Position numbers and translations under genes: made by a program. The notes under the pieces are model-generated. The model saw nothing but the letters and a program-made list of their open reading frames with translations. It ran no database searches and was not told the origin of the DNA. 64,000 nt of DNA from Tubulanus polymorphus (Eukaryota > Animalia > Nemertea), in NCBI RefSeq assembly GCF_964204645.1, contig NC_134032.1, positions 496,001 through 560,000 on the forward strand, in the 5' to 3' direction. Shown piece after piece: positions 48,920-61,429 of this stretch. The stretch's first letter is position 1. Each line of letters starts with the position of its first letter.

Positions 48920-50982
48920 GGTTTCACTCTGACACCAACTTCCCCGATATCGTTTCTTAGTTTCTACATTCGATCATAAAATCCGGGATTCACAATTCAT
49001 TCATCAGAATATTGTTTACATTGATCTCCCAGCGCAACCGGATCCACACACTGCGGAGCGAGTAGGGGAAGCCTCCGCGCTCGCGGTTGGATGCCTCCGA
49101 CCGCGGCGGGCCTGGAATTCCACACGGCGGACGCGTTCATAAAATATGATTCAAAGCATTTCGAGATTAACAACTTGGCCCCATCCTCGCTTGCCAGGGG
49201 TCCGGTATCACTCCCGAACTTGCTTCCACCAGCCCCCTGGCCTCACGAAGCGTGATTTCATTACTGGCGCTGTGCGCATGACGTCATATATCGATTTGCG
49301 AAATCCTTCCTTGTTCAGTAAAACGTTCGCTGATTGGTCCATTTAACGGGAAAACCAATAGAAGCCTAATGTCGTTTGTAACAAGCGCTGTGATTGGTAC
49401 GACCGGATTCTGGTCGGCCAGTGACGACTCCAACGACTCGTGAAGTCAAGGGGTTCGGGGAACAGCATCCATTGACGGGTGAAGATGACTAGTCCCGTGC
49501 AATCTAAAATGTTTTTTTTTAAAGTTACCGATTGACTTCGCCTTTAAGTCACCTAGGAGTATTCCCGGATTTGTCTCGAATTCTAGTTAGAATCGGATAA
49601 AATACTCGAATATCTCAACCGCAGATTACATCGAAGTTTAAAGGATTCGTAGAGTAGCGAGTTAATCTGAGGGGAGACTTAATACTATTAAGCACCGCAT
49701 GGGATTCATTCATTCGACGAAGCCGCACACCGAGCTGCGTCACCTACACTTCCAGGTGAAGCTGACGAAGTAGTAGCGATAGCTCGCCGGGCGTAGTCAG
49801 TATCAATCACGAATTTAGAATCCACTCATCCAAACATTCCTCGGATATCAAATGTAAACCGAACTCGCCCTCAAGTTTAAAACCTAGCCGACACTACTAC
49901 CTGTTTTTTCCATATTTCAAGTATGTTATGCTGAACCGTTCGAGGTGATTTGTCCAAACTGTTTTGTACAGTGTCCCCGCAGACAATTTGAGGCTACTGA
50001 TAGAAATACCCGTATCTCATGACGAGCAGCGTGGTCCTACCCTATCGTAGTCGACTGTCAGGCCCCGGAGTCCGTCATTCAAGAGCGTCCGATGCCTTGT
50101 TCATCTTCGCAATCCCTTGTCAGCGACCCTTAAGGGCTACCGACCCTCTTACCACGGGCATCACGCAGCCTCGCAGCCTGTACTGAAACAAGTTTTACTG
50201 GGGGAAATGGCCGAGGCGATCTGTAGGATTTATCCCGCTGGATTTTGGTTAACGGATCCCATGTCTATCCCTCGTCTGTATACTGTTTCGTGTACCGTTA
50301 TCAGTGCGGTGTGTATTTAACTTTATAGCACGCGGGCTTGTGATATTTTGAATTTATTTAGTTTAGTTAAGTTTAGCTTAAGTTTTAGTTTATCTATTTA
50401 CTAGTACTACATTCAAGTGGTACATAGAGATTTTACAAAAAGAAAGTAACAAAATAATAAAATATATAAACACATATATGAAAACATGTACAAGTAATAA
50501 TTGATACCAGGGAGCGTGGCTTACAATTAGAGACCTTTGAATAAGCCGCTAAAAATCTTGCAAGATTTGTGTCTTATTACTATCCAAGAATATACAGTTG
50601 TATAAATTTCATCATACATCTTTGCCAATAATACCTGAGAATAAACTGTTCTCAGTTCATGGATGGACTTACATTAAAAATTCAGTGAACTTCGTCTCCA
50701 TTCTGACAAAATTTTTCAATTCTAGGCTTATTTAAAAACTCAATTGGTAGGGACAACAGACGATCCACCATGATACTTGATAATAGATTGTTTGACAGTA
50801 TATTAAAGTAACCTGCAAAACAGAATCTGCCTTTGAATAATTTATGAGACAAAAATGCTTTGATTTTCAATTTTATTATTTGCACCATTCTCGCGAGGTG
50901 TTTATAGCAAGACGCGTGAGACCCGCGCGCGTGAGGAGGTCACGGCTGCACAATCTACAGTGAGAAAACGCCCAAAAACAAC

Positions 50983-52954
50983 ATGGCGTCCAACTCTACA
51001 TACAGATTCGAGCTCGCAGTTTCTTATCGTGGTCGCAAGATCGGTGTTTGGTCGGATCCCGACAACGACTACAGAACAATACAGAATTATTACTTTCAAC
51101 CGTTGTTTGATTTAGAATGTGATCTGATCGCTACTGCTGGTGATCAATTACAACTACCGATACAGATGTGGACAGAAGAATTAGAGAACCACATAAAATG
51201 TGAACTGAAATCGATCTATACGGAACACGTTATAAATGTACAAATGATGCCGTTTGACGAGGTAAACATCGTTCCGACCCCAGAGAAATATCTGATTTCT
51301 GTATTTAAATGTTTAATTAATCGTTGACCCGATTTGATGAATTTGAAGGTCAAGAATTAGTCTCAAAACAACCTTGATTGTACTTGATTGGAAATCAAAG
51401 ACTTCTGCATGCATTTGGATGACACTGTATCATCGACAGGTCTACTAGCTAGGTATAACTGTGACTCCGCGATGTGAGAGTAAAATAACGTTCTTTCAAT
51501 TTCAGGTGAAATTGGAATGGAGGAAACCGCCCCCTGGTGTAGAGATACCGAATCATCATATCGGGTTTAATCACTGTCCAGCGATTCATGTGTTTATCGT
51601 TAAATGCTCAGACGATGAAACCGCGCGAAACTTAAAAACACATCTTCAACAAGCCCCGCATTCATTAGTGTCGGGGCTTCATGTGATCGCTTCAAACCAG
51701 GCATCTGCACATAATTTGTATAAAGTAAATTCAGTAGGTGTGCCGATCAGTGAAACCCGAACAGTTCGATCAGACATTGATGAACGACATAGTTCTTTTA
51801 TAGAACATGTCAGACAGTTTCACGATAATTTAGAAAATCAATTCTGTCAATTGAAACACACTATAGAAACAGTTGAAGAGAGGCTGAACCGGTTCTGTAC
51901 TGAGCAACAACCTGAAGAGAGGCTGAACCGGTTCTGTACTGAACAACAACTTGAGGCAAAACTGACCAATATCAATGATGATATGGGGGCAAAACTATCC
52001 AAAATTACTGATGATGTCAAAAGGAGAATTGATGAATTAGAGATACATATTGATGACGTCACGCGGCTACGTGTAGAATGCGCGCCATTGACGTTCATTA
52101 AACAGGTAGATACAGACTTCATGCCCGACCTTGTGACGTCACTACCTGGTGAGCATGCGGGTGAACAGTCACGTGTTATATGTGCCAAGTTCAGCGCCAC
52201 TAATTATATATATTGCATAAATGATTATTATGATGATGATGATGATGAATTTGATAGATACATGAAGATTGATGGCGGTGGCGTAAAAGGACTCGCTACT
52301 GATAGTAACGGGTATCTTTTTGTACTCGTAAAGAAAAATAGGAAATTCATCCTGAGAAAATATAAAAATCAACATAAACTGTTTGAAGAAAATATCACTG
52401 ATCTCCTGTCTGGAGACTGTGGAACTCTAATAATCCGTGATTACAATATCTATATACAGTCAGGAAGAGACGTTCATGTTTTACCTTTACGAGAAAATCC
52501 TGTTAACGGTTTAATCCGTAGAAACCAAGTGAATATATATCAGCTCCCGGATGGATATTACTCTATCAACTGTTTCGATGTCGACACGCGGGGACGTATG
52601 TTTATCTACTGTTCGCATACACATAGATTAATGTATCTAACACCAGAAGCAGAACTGATCAGTTTTATTTATATGAACGATTGTGGACTGACATTTTTTC
52701 CAAGTGCAGGACTCCCGTGTGTTATTAATGATGATCATGTATTAATATCGGTAGACTCTGATCCCTGTGTTAACAGAGGATCTGTTATTAGTATCAGATA
52801 TAATAATCAGGGGTTTATAGATCACCCGCGTATAATACTGAACTCTACAGACAGTGTGACATATGAGATACATAAAGTATGTAAAAGTGACACTGTAGTT
52901 ATCAATCACTGGGATAACAGAAATAAACAGAACTCAGTGAGATTTTATAATTGA
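50983..52954 (+). CDS. 575-aa protein: unassigned N-terminal alpha/beta domain, coiled coil, NHL-like beta-propeller
   Basis: Exon 1 50983-51261 (GAG|GTAAAC) and exon 2 51506-52954 (tttCAG|), phase 0. Propeller-like repeats KGLATDSNGYLFV and CFDVDTRGRMFIY. Internal 36-nt duplication (EERLNRFCTEQQ x2). Confidence 0.85.
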
Positions 52955-54436
52955 ACCGAAATTTAGAACCGAAGTCTAAACCGGTTCTAGGGTTCCAGAA
53001 CAGCGTGTATACAATGAAATAAGCTACTCGTAAATATTGCTCGGATAGAGGGCGCTGCAGGTGCCGATGAACTGTCAATTATTATTTCCCAACATTATTG
53101 CGACGAAAACAATTATAAGATATTTTATAATCATATCTGTTTATGTTTTGGAGAATGTTAATAATGGACTGTATAATATCAATTCGATATTCTCAATGTA
53201 TTATTTCGATAAAAAGCTGAATAATTATTATAATAATTATTAATATCATAACTAGAGATGACATATCGCTACATTTAAATGTTCTATTTATATAGATTAT
53301 CTGTAAAATCCACTATGAGCTAATGTAAATATTGTAATGTATAATATTAAAAAGCTGATTCCTCTTTATAGTATAGATTATCTGTAAAATACACAATGAG
53401 CTAATGTAAATATTGTAATGTTTGATATCAATTCAATATTCTTGATCGATAAAAACTTATGTTTATCATAAATATCTAGGTACTTATCATTCAGATAGAA
53501 AATGAAAATCGCGGGCTACACCTGGTGGGTCAATATTTACTGTTTACAGTTTTACACTGTTTTTACTTTTTAAATCAGATAAATTGGCATACGTATCACG
53601 TGATCATCCGTATCACGATTTATCGTGATAAGTTATCGCGGTATCAACGCGATATATCGAACGAATTATGCCGGGAAATCGCGATATATCACGTTTTTCA
53701 TCGTGATAAAGCGTCGCGACGGTTTTGTACGAGTCTAAAAATAAACTTTCAGCACCTTCATTTTCATTTGGCAAGGAATACACTTAGGCTAATCTTGAAA
53801 ATTAATTCAAATATCTCATCTTTTAAGTTTGATAGAATTGTACAATCTAAACGTTATCTGAAATGAAGGATTGAAAATTGATTAATTCCATGAATGTTTT
53901 GTTCTTACATATTATATTTACATCATTGTAACGATATTGAATTTACATGTACATATTATAAAACCTATTGTATGAATATTTAATGTAAATACAATCGAAG
54001 TAAATAAAGTTATTAATTAATTGATTACATACATTTCTTCGTTACCTAGTTACAGCAGCAATTCGCTAAGATGACGATTTTAGAAAATTAAATTATTTTT
54101 TCATAATTTATTGGCTCATCAATAGTGATGTTGTTATTGTGATTATTGTGTTTTTTTTATTATTGTGACATTTTCATAAACGTACCAATAACTAGTATGC
54201 ACTGGTTCAATATCGGAATGAACTGTTTTTCTGGCAGGTAAATTCTCTAAATTGCTCAATTCATCCTTCGGGTACACCGCCGTTTAGGGGCGTTGGATCT
54301 TCATTTCAAATATCCGCAAACTTCTTCAGACGTAACCAGTGGATTAATTGAGCAAGCGTTAATTTAAAACCACATGAAAATTTCTAAATATCAAAATCAT
54401 TCCGTAATCGTTCACGATGAGTTGATTAAAGAGGAT

Positions 54437-55256
54437 ATCGACAAATTCAAGTTCTCGAATGACTCGTTTGATGGCGCTAGTCAGAACAGGAAATTGGAAC
54501 CTAAATCCGCCATGTTCTAGTGGCCTAGTTGATTTGCAATAAAAATCTCTCGCTTCGAGTTTTTAGCTAGCGATATTTTACTTACTATACATAGGCACGC
54601 ATAATCCTTTAAGTATGATATCCTGACGATGTGTTGAATTCGATTAAACCTCACTTTGAACGCTAAAAATCCCTAGAAATGTCAAAAAACTACAAAAAAT
54701 CACAACTCACAAATCAAGCGATGACGCTCGAAGCAGCTTACGGAAGTAATGACTGGTGCCGGGTGTCATCACTTTGTCGTTGAGTTCAAGACTCTAAGGT
54801 GAATTTATTGCAGGCAACACTGATAAATATGTAATAATATTATGAAATAAAATTGATTTTTGAAGGACTACACTCGTAGATTCATAATAAAAATATGAAA
54901 ACTACAAGGACTCGAACCAACAATCGAAATTGGGTCGTCAAGTGCTGCCACCATGTGATACCTGGCAACCAGTCTTTACATCTTCAGCCGTTGTAAAATG
55001 TTTTTTGATAATTTTAGGACACTTATAGTGATTTCTAGCCTTTGCAGTGATGTTTTATCATATCCAACGTAACGGTAGGATAACATATTCAAAGGATTAT
55101 GCGTGACGATATATAGTAAGTAAAATATCGCTGATTGAAAACTTGAAGCGAGAGATTTTTATTGCAAATGAACTAGAGCATGGCGGATTTAGGTTCAAAT
55201 TTCCGGTTCTGACTAGCGCCATCAAACGAGTAATTCAAGAACTTGAATTTGTCGAT
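54437..55256. mobile_element. Foldback element with long (~270 bp) terminal inverted repeats
   Basis: atcgacaaattcaagttct... at the left end is the reverse complement of ...agaacttgaatttgtcgat at the right end; similarity decays inward. Confidence 0.8.
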
Positions 55257-57099
55257 CTGACCAGAAACTAAGTAAACACTCTAGTATCAAAAGATGTCCC
55301 ATTGGTGATCATCCCTCCCCTTGAAGAAGGGAATGCACATCCAAACAGCCACATCCCCTCCTATCTCTCGACCTTCGATTTCTATCATGGACACCCGGGA
55401 ATGGACAGCGCTTATCTTTCAGCGTCTAGACTTCATTCAGAATCCAGTTCTAGTTATTTACCTCTGGCATTATTACTGTGTACCGGCATTTTCACACTCC
55501 TCTGGTATTTTTACCACCGGCATTATTTACATGGCATTTTCACCTCTGGCATTATTGCTGTCATGTTCCATGTTCAATGATGATCATCAGAATCAGATGG
55601 GTGCTCGCGAGTGCATTTACTGTAATCCTCATCCTCTATTACAAATTGATTAACTGTAACCTGAATCCGATATAGAAAGCAACAACGACGAAAATCATAA
55701 ATTAGGATAATAAAGAATACAGTTGTTTATTATTAATTAGAAATTTAGTTAGTATATGTATATAAAAATGGTATAATCCAGTTGAAAATATGCAAGAGGA
55801 AGACATGCCTTTGAGGGGTTTCGCAAGCATGATCCCATCCCTGTAACAAAATATATACTACTACTTTTACAATGACACAAAACCGAGACTATAAATGGTC
55901 TACCAACATTCATAAACTTTTTTACTAAATATAAGAGGCAATTAATGTTATTATTACGATGAATAAAATAAACGTGTATAAAAATTTAAAGGCAATTCAT
56001 TAATGTTAGTAACTGATACGTTAGTAACGCCAGTAATTTTATCTAATTTACACTCAAACCCATTACATGTATTAGAAGGACAACACAAAATTTACAGACG
56101 TATGACACGGTATAAAAAATAACAAATTCAATAACACAATATACTTGTTTAAATGAACAAACAGGAAATAACATAGTAACTAATTAAAACTATCCCTGCA
56201 TAGAGATATACATTCAACACATATAAGGCTAAACAAAAATGATACCTTGTTTCTCCGCAGCGGCCGGGTCATTTTTGTAAAATATCATAAAATTACAGTT
56301 CATTTCTATAGCGGCTGGGTCTGTTATGGTGAAATTGATCACGATTTAAAAAAAAGTAATGTATAGGGTAGATAGGCGGCCGGCCGGGTCAACATTTAAG
56401 CTCAGCAGAGCAGAGAAACAAGGTATCAATTTTTTTTGGCCTAACATATATCACTATAGAAAAATACAAACGAGAGCAGTCATTCAGTACTCCCACTGCC
56501 GCTGGTGGTGCCCGTTCAACGACCAGTCGCCTTCGTGTCGCCGAGGTGGGAGGGGTCTCGCACAATGCGCTTGTAGGCCGTCCCCGCATTAAGCACAAAG
56601 GGGTTCGTCATTTTTGTACACACGATTAATGTGCCGGGATCTCGAGCTGGCGTGTGCGAATACCAGCTCGTAAGGCATGCACGCCTGGATCTAGCGACAT
56701 CTTTTCTGTAATTTGTTTCTGTGCGCAAACACCAGAGCACATATTGTGCACCCATACCATTTCTGAAGGGCGACTGGGCCCAGCGACAGCTTTTAAATAA
56801 TCTGCTTTCATGCCATCTAATCTAAAATTGAAAGACGGAAATAAATATAATGCGTGGATTATAATCTTAAAATGAACATGTTTTTGAATAGTTAACTTTG
56901 ATTATGTTAATACGTAGTAGAACTGGTAATGGGAACAGTTGAATGGTCTCCAATAAAACTGATTATAAAAAGAATGTCCGATCGAATAGTTTTGGGAAGA
57001 AGTTCGAAGATACGGAAATCTATCACGATGATGGGAGTCGCAAGTTTATCGAGGGTTCAACAGAGCAATCGCACGAACAACAACAAAACTACTTATTTT

Positions 57100-57535
57100 T
57101 TACGATACATTGAACGAGTGCGACAACAAATTATTGGAGACAATTCTTACAGGTGTGAGTCACCGTAGAAAACTCGAAGCGATTCTCATATCAAAAACCC
57201 TTTTCCCGAGAGGACCTCATCGATATAGAACTTCACGCGAAAATACCTCTGCAAAAAGAGCAAACTCGGGATGGATCGAGGAGATCAGGGAGGCCAGTCG
57301 GAAAAACTTTGATGCATGGAAGGAGTGAATAGCAAGCTTGGGGCAGATACGGGTCCCACGTTGCCTTATACCGTCAAATGTTCATGTAGATTCACTGATG
57401 CTAGTGAGTCTGGTGGTTACGGCGTCGTATGATACTTGTGTTGCATAGACGCGCCTGAATAACGGGGTCATACGCCGCATTCTGATGTCTAAAAATCGAG
57501 AGTGGCGCCCTTAAAAAAGGTGACAATACCCAGAA
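57100..57535 (+). mobile_element. Decayed BEL/Pao LTR-retrotransposon pol fragment (RNase H region)
   Basis: Frameshifted translation gives GW..E......F..WKE, FTDASESGGYGVV*YL and LMSK.RVAPLKKVTIPR, matching the Pao F.DAS..AYG..Y and KSRVAPLK..TIPR motifs. Confidence 0.75.
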
Positions 57536-57869
57536 ATCGTATCTATCCTTAAAACATCTATTTCTCTACGAATCTCTCGATGAAAATATAATCGAACATT
57601 ATTCCGTGATAAATTTGACCGGTAAAGAATTGGAAAAATTTAACACCGCCTTGAATAAGTCAGCGATCGAAACAATTCAGCTGAGAGTGTGTGGACAGCA
57701 CCGACTGACGGCGGATAAATGGAGGGAATTCAATAGCATCGGTGCAATGCCAAAACTAAGACGTCTTATCATTGAAGGATCATGGTTTACAAATAAACCG
57801 CGTTCTAGCTCAACTGTCGCAGCTGACTGTATTATCAATAGATTTGTGATCAGATGCCGCTGACGCACT

Positions 57870-59460
57870 TTTTCGGTATGTATCGTCAGATGCGGTAAAT
57901 CAGAACTATGTCTTACAACAACTTAAAAATGTCTCATCGATTCGTTATTTGGTATTGCTCGTTTATTCCGGAGCGTTGATTGATACACAGGACGATATCA
58001 ATTTATTCGAGTTTCACAATAATTTAGAAAAGCTAAGAGGGGCTGAACCGGTTCTGTACTGAGGAACAACTTGAAGAGACGTATTTCATGGCCGAAGGAA
58101 GTGGTGCGGCACATTTTTACATCTCTATTGTTTTTTTTTTGGACTGACCTTGTAGAACTTTGATGAGAGTTTTGGCCATATAAGTCCCTGAGTGATTGAC
58201 TTTTTGTGTTTTTGACAATAAACATCTGCCAATCGCCCCAGTTACGCACCGAGGGTTGTTTACACAAAAATAAAAAGCACCATACTTCCAAATAAATTCT
58301 GGCGTGAGTTAGAACCGAGAAATGGGTTAGAAGCACACTTGTGTGTGTGTCGACTAATGCATTATAAACAAAACTGACATTTTGGCCGAGGGGTATTTAA
58401 AGCTGCAGTTAGTGAAAGGTCATTTAGTGCTTTGCGAAGAGTCTAGACATATCTAAAGGTCAACTATGACACAATCAAGACTTAACCATGTGATGATGAT
58501 GCATGTCCACAAAGACTGGTCATTGTTCAAACAAAGTATTGTTTTAAATCAGATCATGGATTTCACGGATTTTCATATAATACATTCACTATAATATTGC
58601 GAAGTAAAATAATACGTTTAAAAAGTTATTTTTAACGTATTGTAGATGTATGTAACTATCAGTAGCGAGTCCATGTATCTCATCATAATCAATCTCTATG
58701 TATCTCTTCATCAAGCAAAATAAAAGTAAAAGGACTCGCTACTGATAGTAACGGGTATCTGTTTGTACTCGTGTGAAGATAAACAGCAAATTATACCAGA
58801 AAAAAATATAAAGATCAGCAAAAGCTGTTAGAAGAAAGTCCCAACATCTACATACAGTCATTTAGAGACGTTTATGTTTTACGTTTACTAGAAAACAGTT
58901 TGATCAATATAAACCAAGTGAAGGAGTATCAGCTCCCGGATAGAGGTTACAGTTATATCTTGGATTACTCCAAGGTTATATCAACTGTTTAGATGTTGAT
59001 TCAAAGGGACGCATGTTCATTGACTGCACTCATTCTCATAGATTGTTGTTTCTAACAGCTGAAGCAAAACTGATAAGTATTATCTATATGAAACATTGTG
59101 GACTAACATTTGGTCCATGTGCGGGGGGGGGGGGGGGGGGGAACCCCGTGTGTTATTAGTGATAAACATGTATTACTATCGGTATGCTCTGAGACTGATA
59201 CCAGAGGAGTTGTGATCACTATCAAATATAATGATCACAGGTTTAAAGATCTTAAACTGCGAATAGTTAGCCAGTTGCTCAAAAGTTGGTTGAAGATAAC
59301 CAGTGGATAGATGCCATAGTAACAATGAACTTTTAATTGTCACCACGTCAACTATCCACTGGTAAACTCTAACCAACCTTTGAGCAACTGCAGCCCCTGA
59401 ACTCAAGTGTGTGACAGCAACACTGTAGTTATCTTTCACTACGATAACTGATATATAGAA
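57870..59460 (+). pseudogene. Decayed tandem paralogue of the 50983-52954 gene (copy 2)
   Basis: ggctgaaccggttctgtactga at ~58041 matches ~51921. 58730-59460 aligns to ~52285-52910 (aaaggactcgctactgatagtaacgggtatct...) with frameshifts, stops and a MITE at 59270-59397. Confidence 0.8.
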
Positions 59461-60205
59461 TGTATCATTTAATAATGATTTATATGCAGTACTGTTCCGT
59501 AAGACGAGTGCTCAGGACACATGACCTGATCAATTAAAGTCCTGTGTGCTGGTCATATGGTCAGTACTGATAATAATGATAGTATTTTAATGTCTATATC
59601 AACCTGACTTGAGAGCATTCCGGGTGGCCTAGCTCAGTCAGTTTTGGTAGTACATACCTGATAGAAGTCTTATTAGGACCAGAGGCGGCCTAAATCATCA
59701 GTTTTTAATCCATTTGAAACTGTATTGAAGGATATCCAAAAAGTCTTCACTGAAAGGAGTTGAATGAAGAGATGTGACTCCATGATTTGAAAGTTTAACA
59801 ATATGTTTCCATGCCTACGTACCAAACTTCAGTTGGTAGGCATGGAGACATATTGTTAAACTTTCAAATCATGGAGTCTCTTTTTTCTCTCATGAACCCC
59901 TCTCAATGCAGACTTTTTGGATATCCTTCAATACAGTTTAAAGTGGATTAAAAAACGATATTTTAGTTCAGCTGCCAATGCGTTCTGTTCCTAGGGAGGG
60001 TTTCAGTACAGAAAGAGATCGAAAGTGGTGGGAGAGTACTCCGCACATATGCAGGAGTGAGAATTGTATTAACTAAGTGAGTGAGTAGATAGTTATCTAC
60101 TCACTCACTTAGTTATTAATAATCATGTCACTCATCATTTATTTATAATTACTCTTCTCACCCAGTTCTATAAATACTGTTGTTTTTCTATTGACTACAC
60201 TCATT

Positions 60206-60246
60206 CACCTGATGAAGCTTCTATTCATTAGAAGCGAAAGCTCGTG
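60206..60246 (+). ncRNA. Well-formed minimal hammerhead ribozyme motif
   Basis: cac-CTGATGA-a-gcttcta(ttcat)tagaagc-GAAA-gc-TC-gtg. Degenerate family member on the - strand at ~34806-34853. Confidence 0.78.
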
Positions 60247-60465
60247 CGTCTAATAAATAGTTAACTGATACAGTACTACTCCGTCTTAAGATAGGAGTAG
60301 GTATGCAGGAGTGAGAATTGTATTATAAGCTGATGTTAGAATAAAGGAAGAAATATAGACCGACGAGAAGTCGTTAGTATTAATCTAGAGACAGTGGAAT
60401 ATGATCAAACACCCGAGAACGGATTAACCATAACCGCTGAACTAACAAACACAACAAGGAATGGA

Positions 60466-60561
60466 GAACACAACACAACGCAACGCAACACAACACAACA
60501 CAACACAACACAACACAACACAACACAACACAACACAACACAACACAACACAACACAACAC
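60466..60561. repeat. (CAACA)n pentanucleotide microsatellite
   Basis: Direct reading. Confidence 0.95.
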
Positions 60562-61429
60562 CACGTGATAAACAGAAGTTATTGATAGTTTGCAAAACTC
60601 AGCACCAGCAGTGTTATTCTACGTGTATTGCTGTATAAAAGTTTTATGATTATAGAGGGTAGACTGTATAACCTAATGTCCACAACCTAGTGTAAATTAT
60701 ATCTAAAGTACGCATTTAGCGGGAGTTCAATGAAATATTACATCAAAGTTCTTTAGCAACCCTTCAAGTGACGTTTCCACATGTAACACTGCTAGGGATG
60801 TTAAAGCCGTCATTGTAAATGATGTGTTCAAAAAGAATCATTTTGTTTAATTGACCTCAGACTATTCTAGTTATTGTTTGTATATAGTTTTGATGAAATT
60901 GAATGTATATTCGTAATGTATAACCTATTTTCGACATTATAATCTTGATTTCGATATCTTTTTTTGTATCGATATACATTTCGTAAGAGGTAAAATAAAA
61001 AAGAGAAAGAGTGAAATAGCAAAACAGATTTTCGATTTTCATATATGTTGATTAAACTGTCATATCCAAACATTTTGTTTGTCCACAACCTAGTGTAAAT
61101 TATATCTAAAGTCATTGTAAATGGAACCCTACAGAGGTTGTCGCATTAGTCACGACCCCTACAGAAGATACCTACATTGTCGCAGGTGTCACGACCCCTA
61201 CATAAGATACCTACATTGTCGCAGTAGTCACAAACCCTACAGAAGATACCTACTACTTCCGTCTAGATTAAACTGTCATATCCAAACTGTTTGTTTGTTT
61301 GTTTGTATTTATCTGTGTACAAAGCAAGCAGGATGTCTACAGTGCTGTAAAAACTGGCCTAGCTAGAAACGGTCGCGCAATCAACAACACGGACTGAAGG
61401 AAGGATCAATGAACACTATCTATAGGCTG

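Noticed and set aside
54623-54650. CTGACGA hammerhead-like box
   Set aside because: No GAAA box or stem III; lies inside the foldback TIR.
56626-56811. WVHNMCSG resembling part of a PHD finger
   Set aside because: The other Cys ligands are absent; too short to call.
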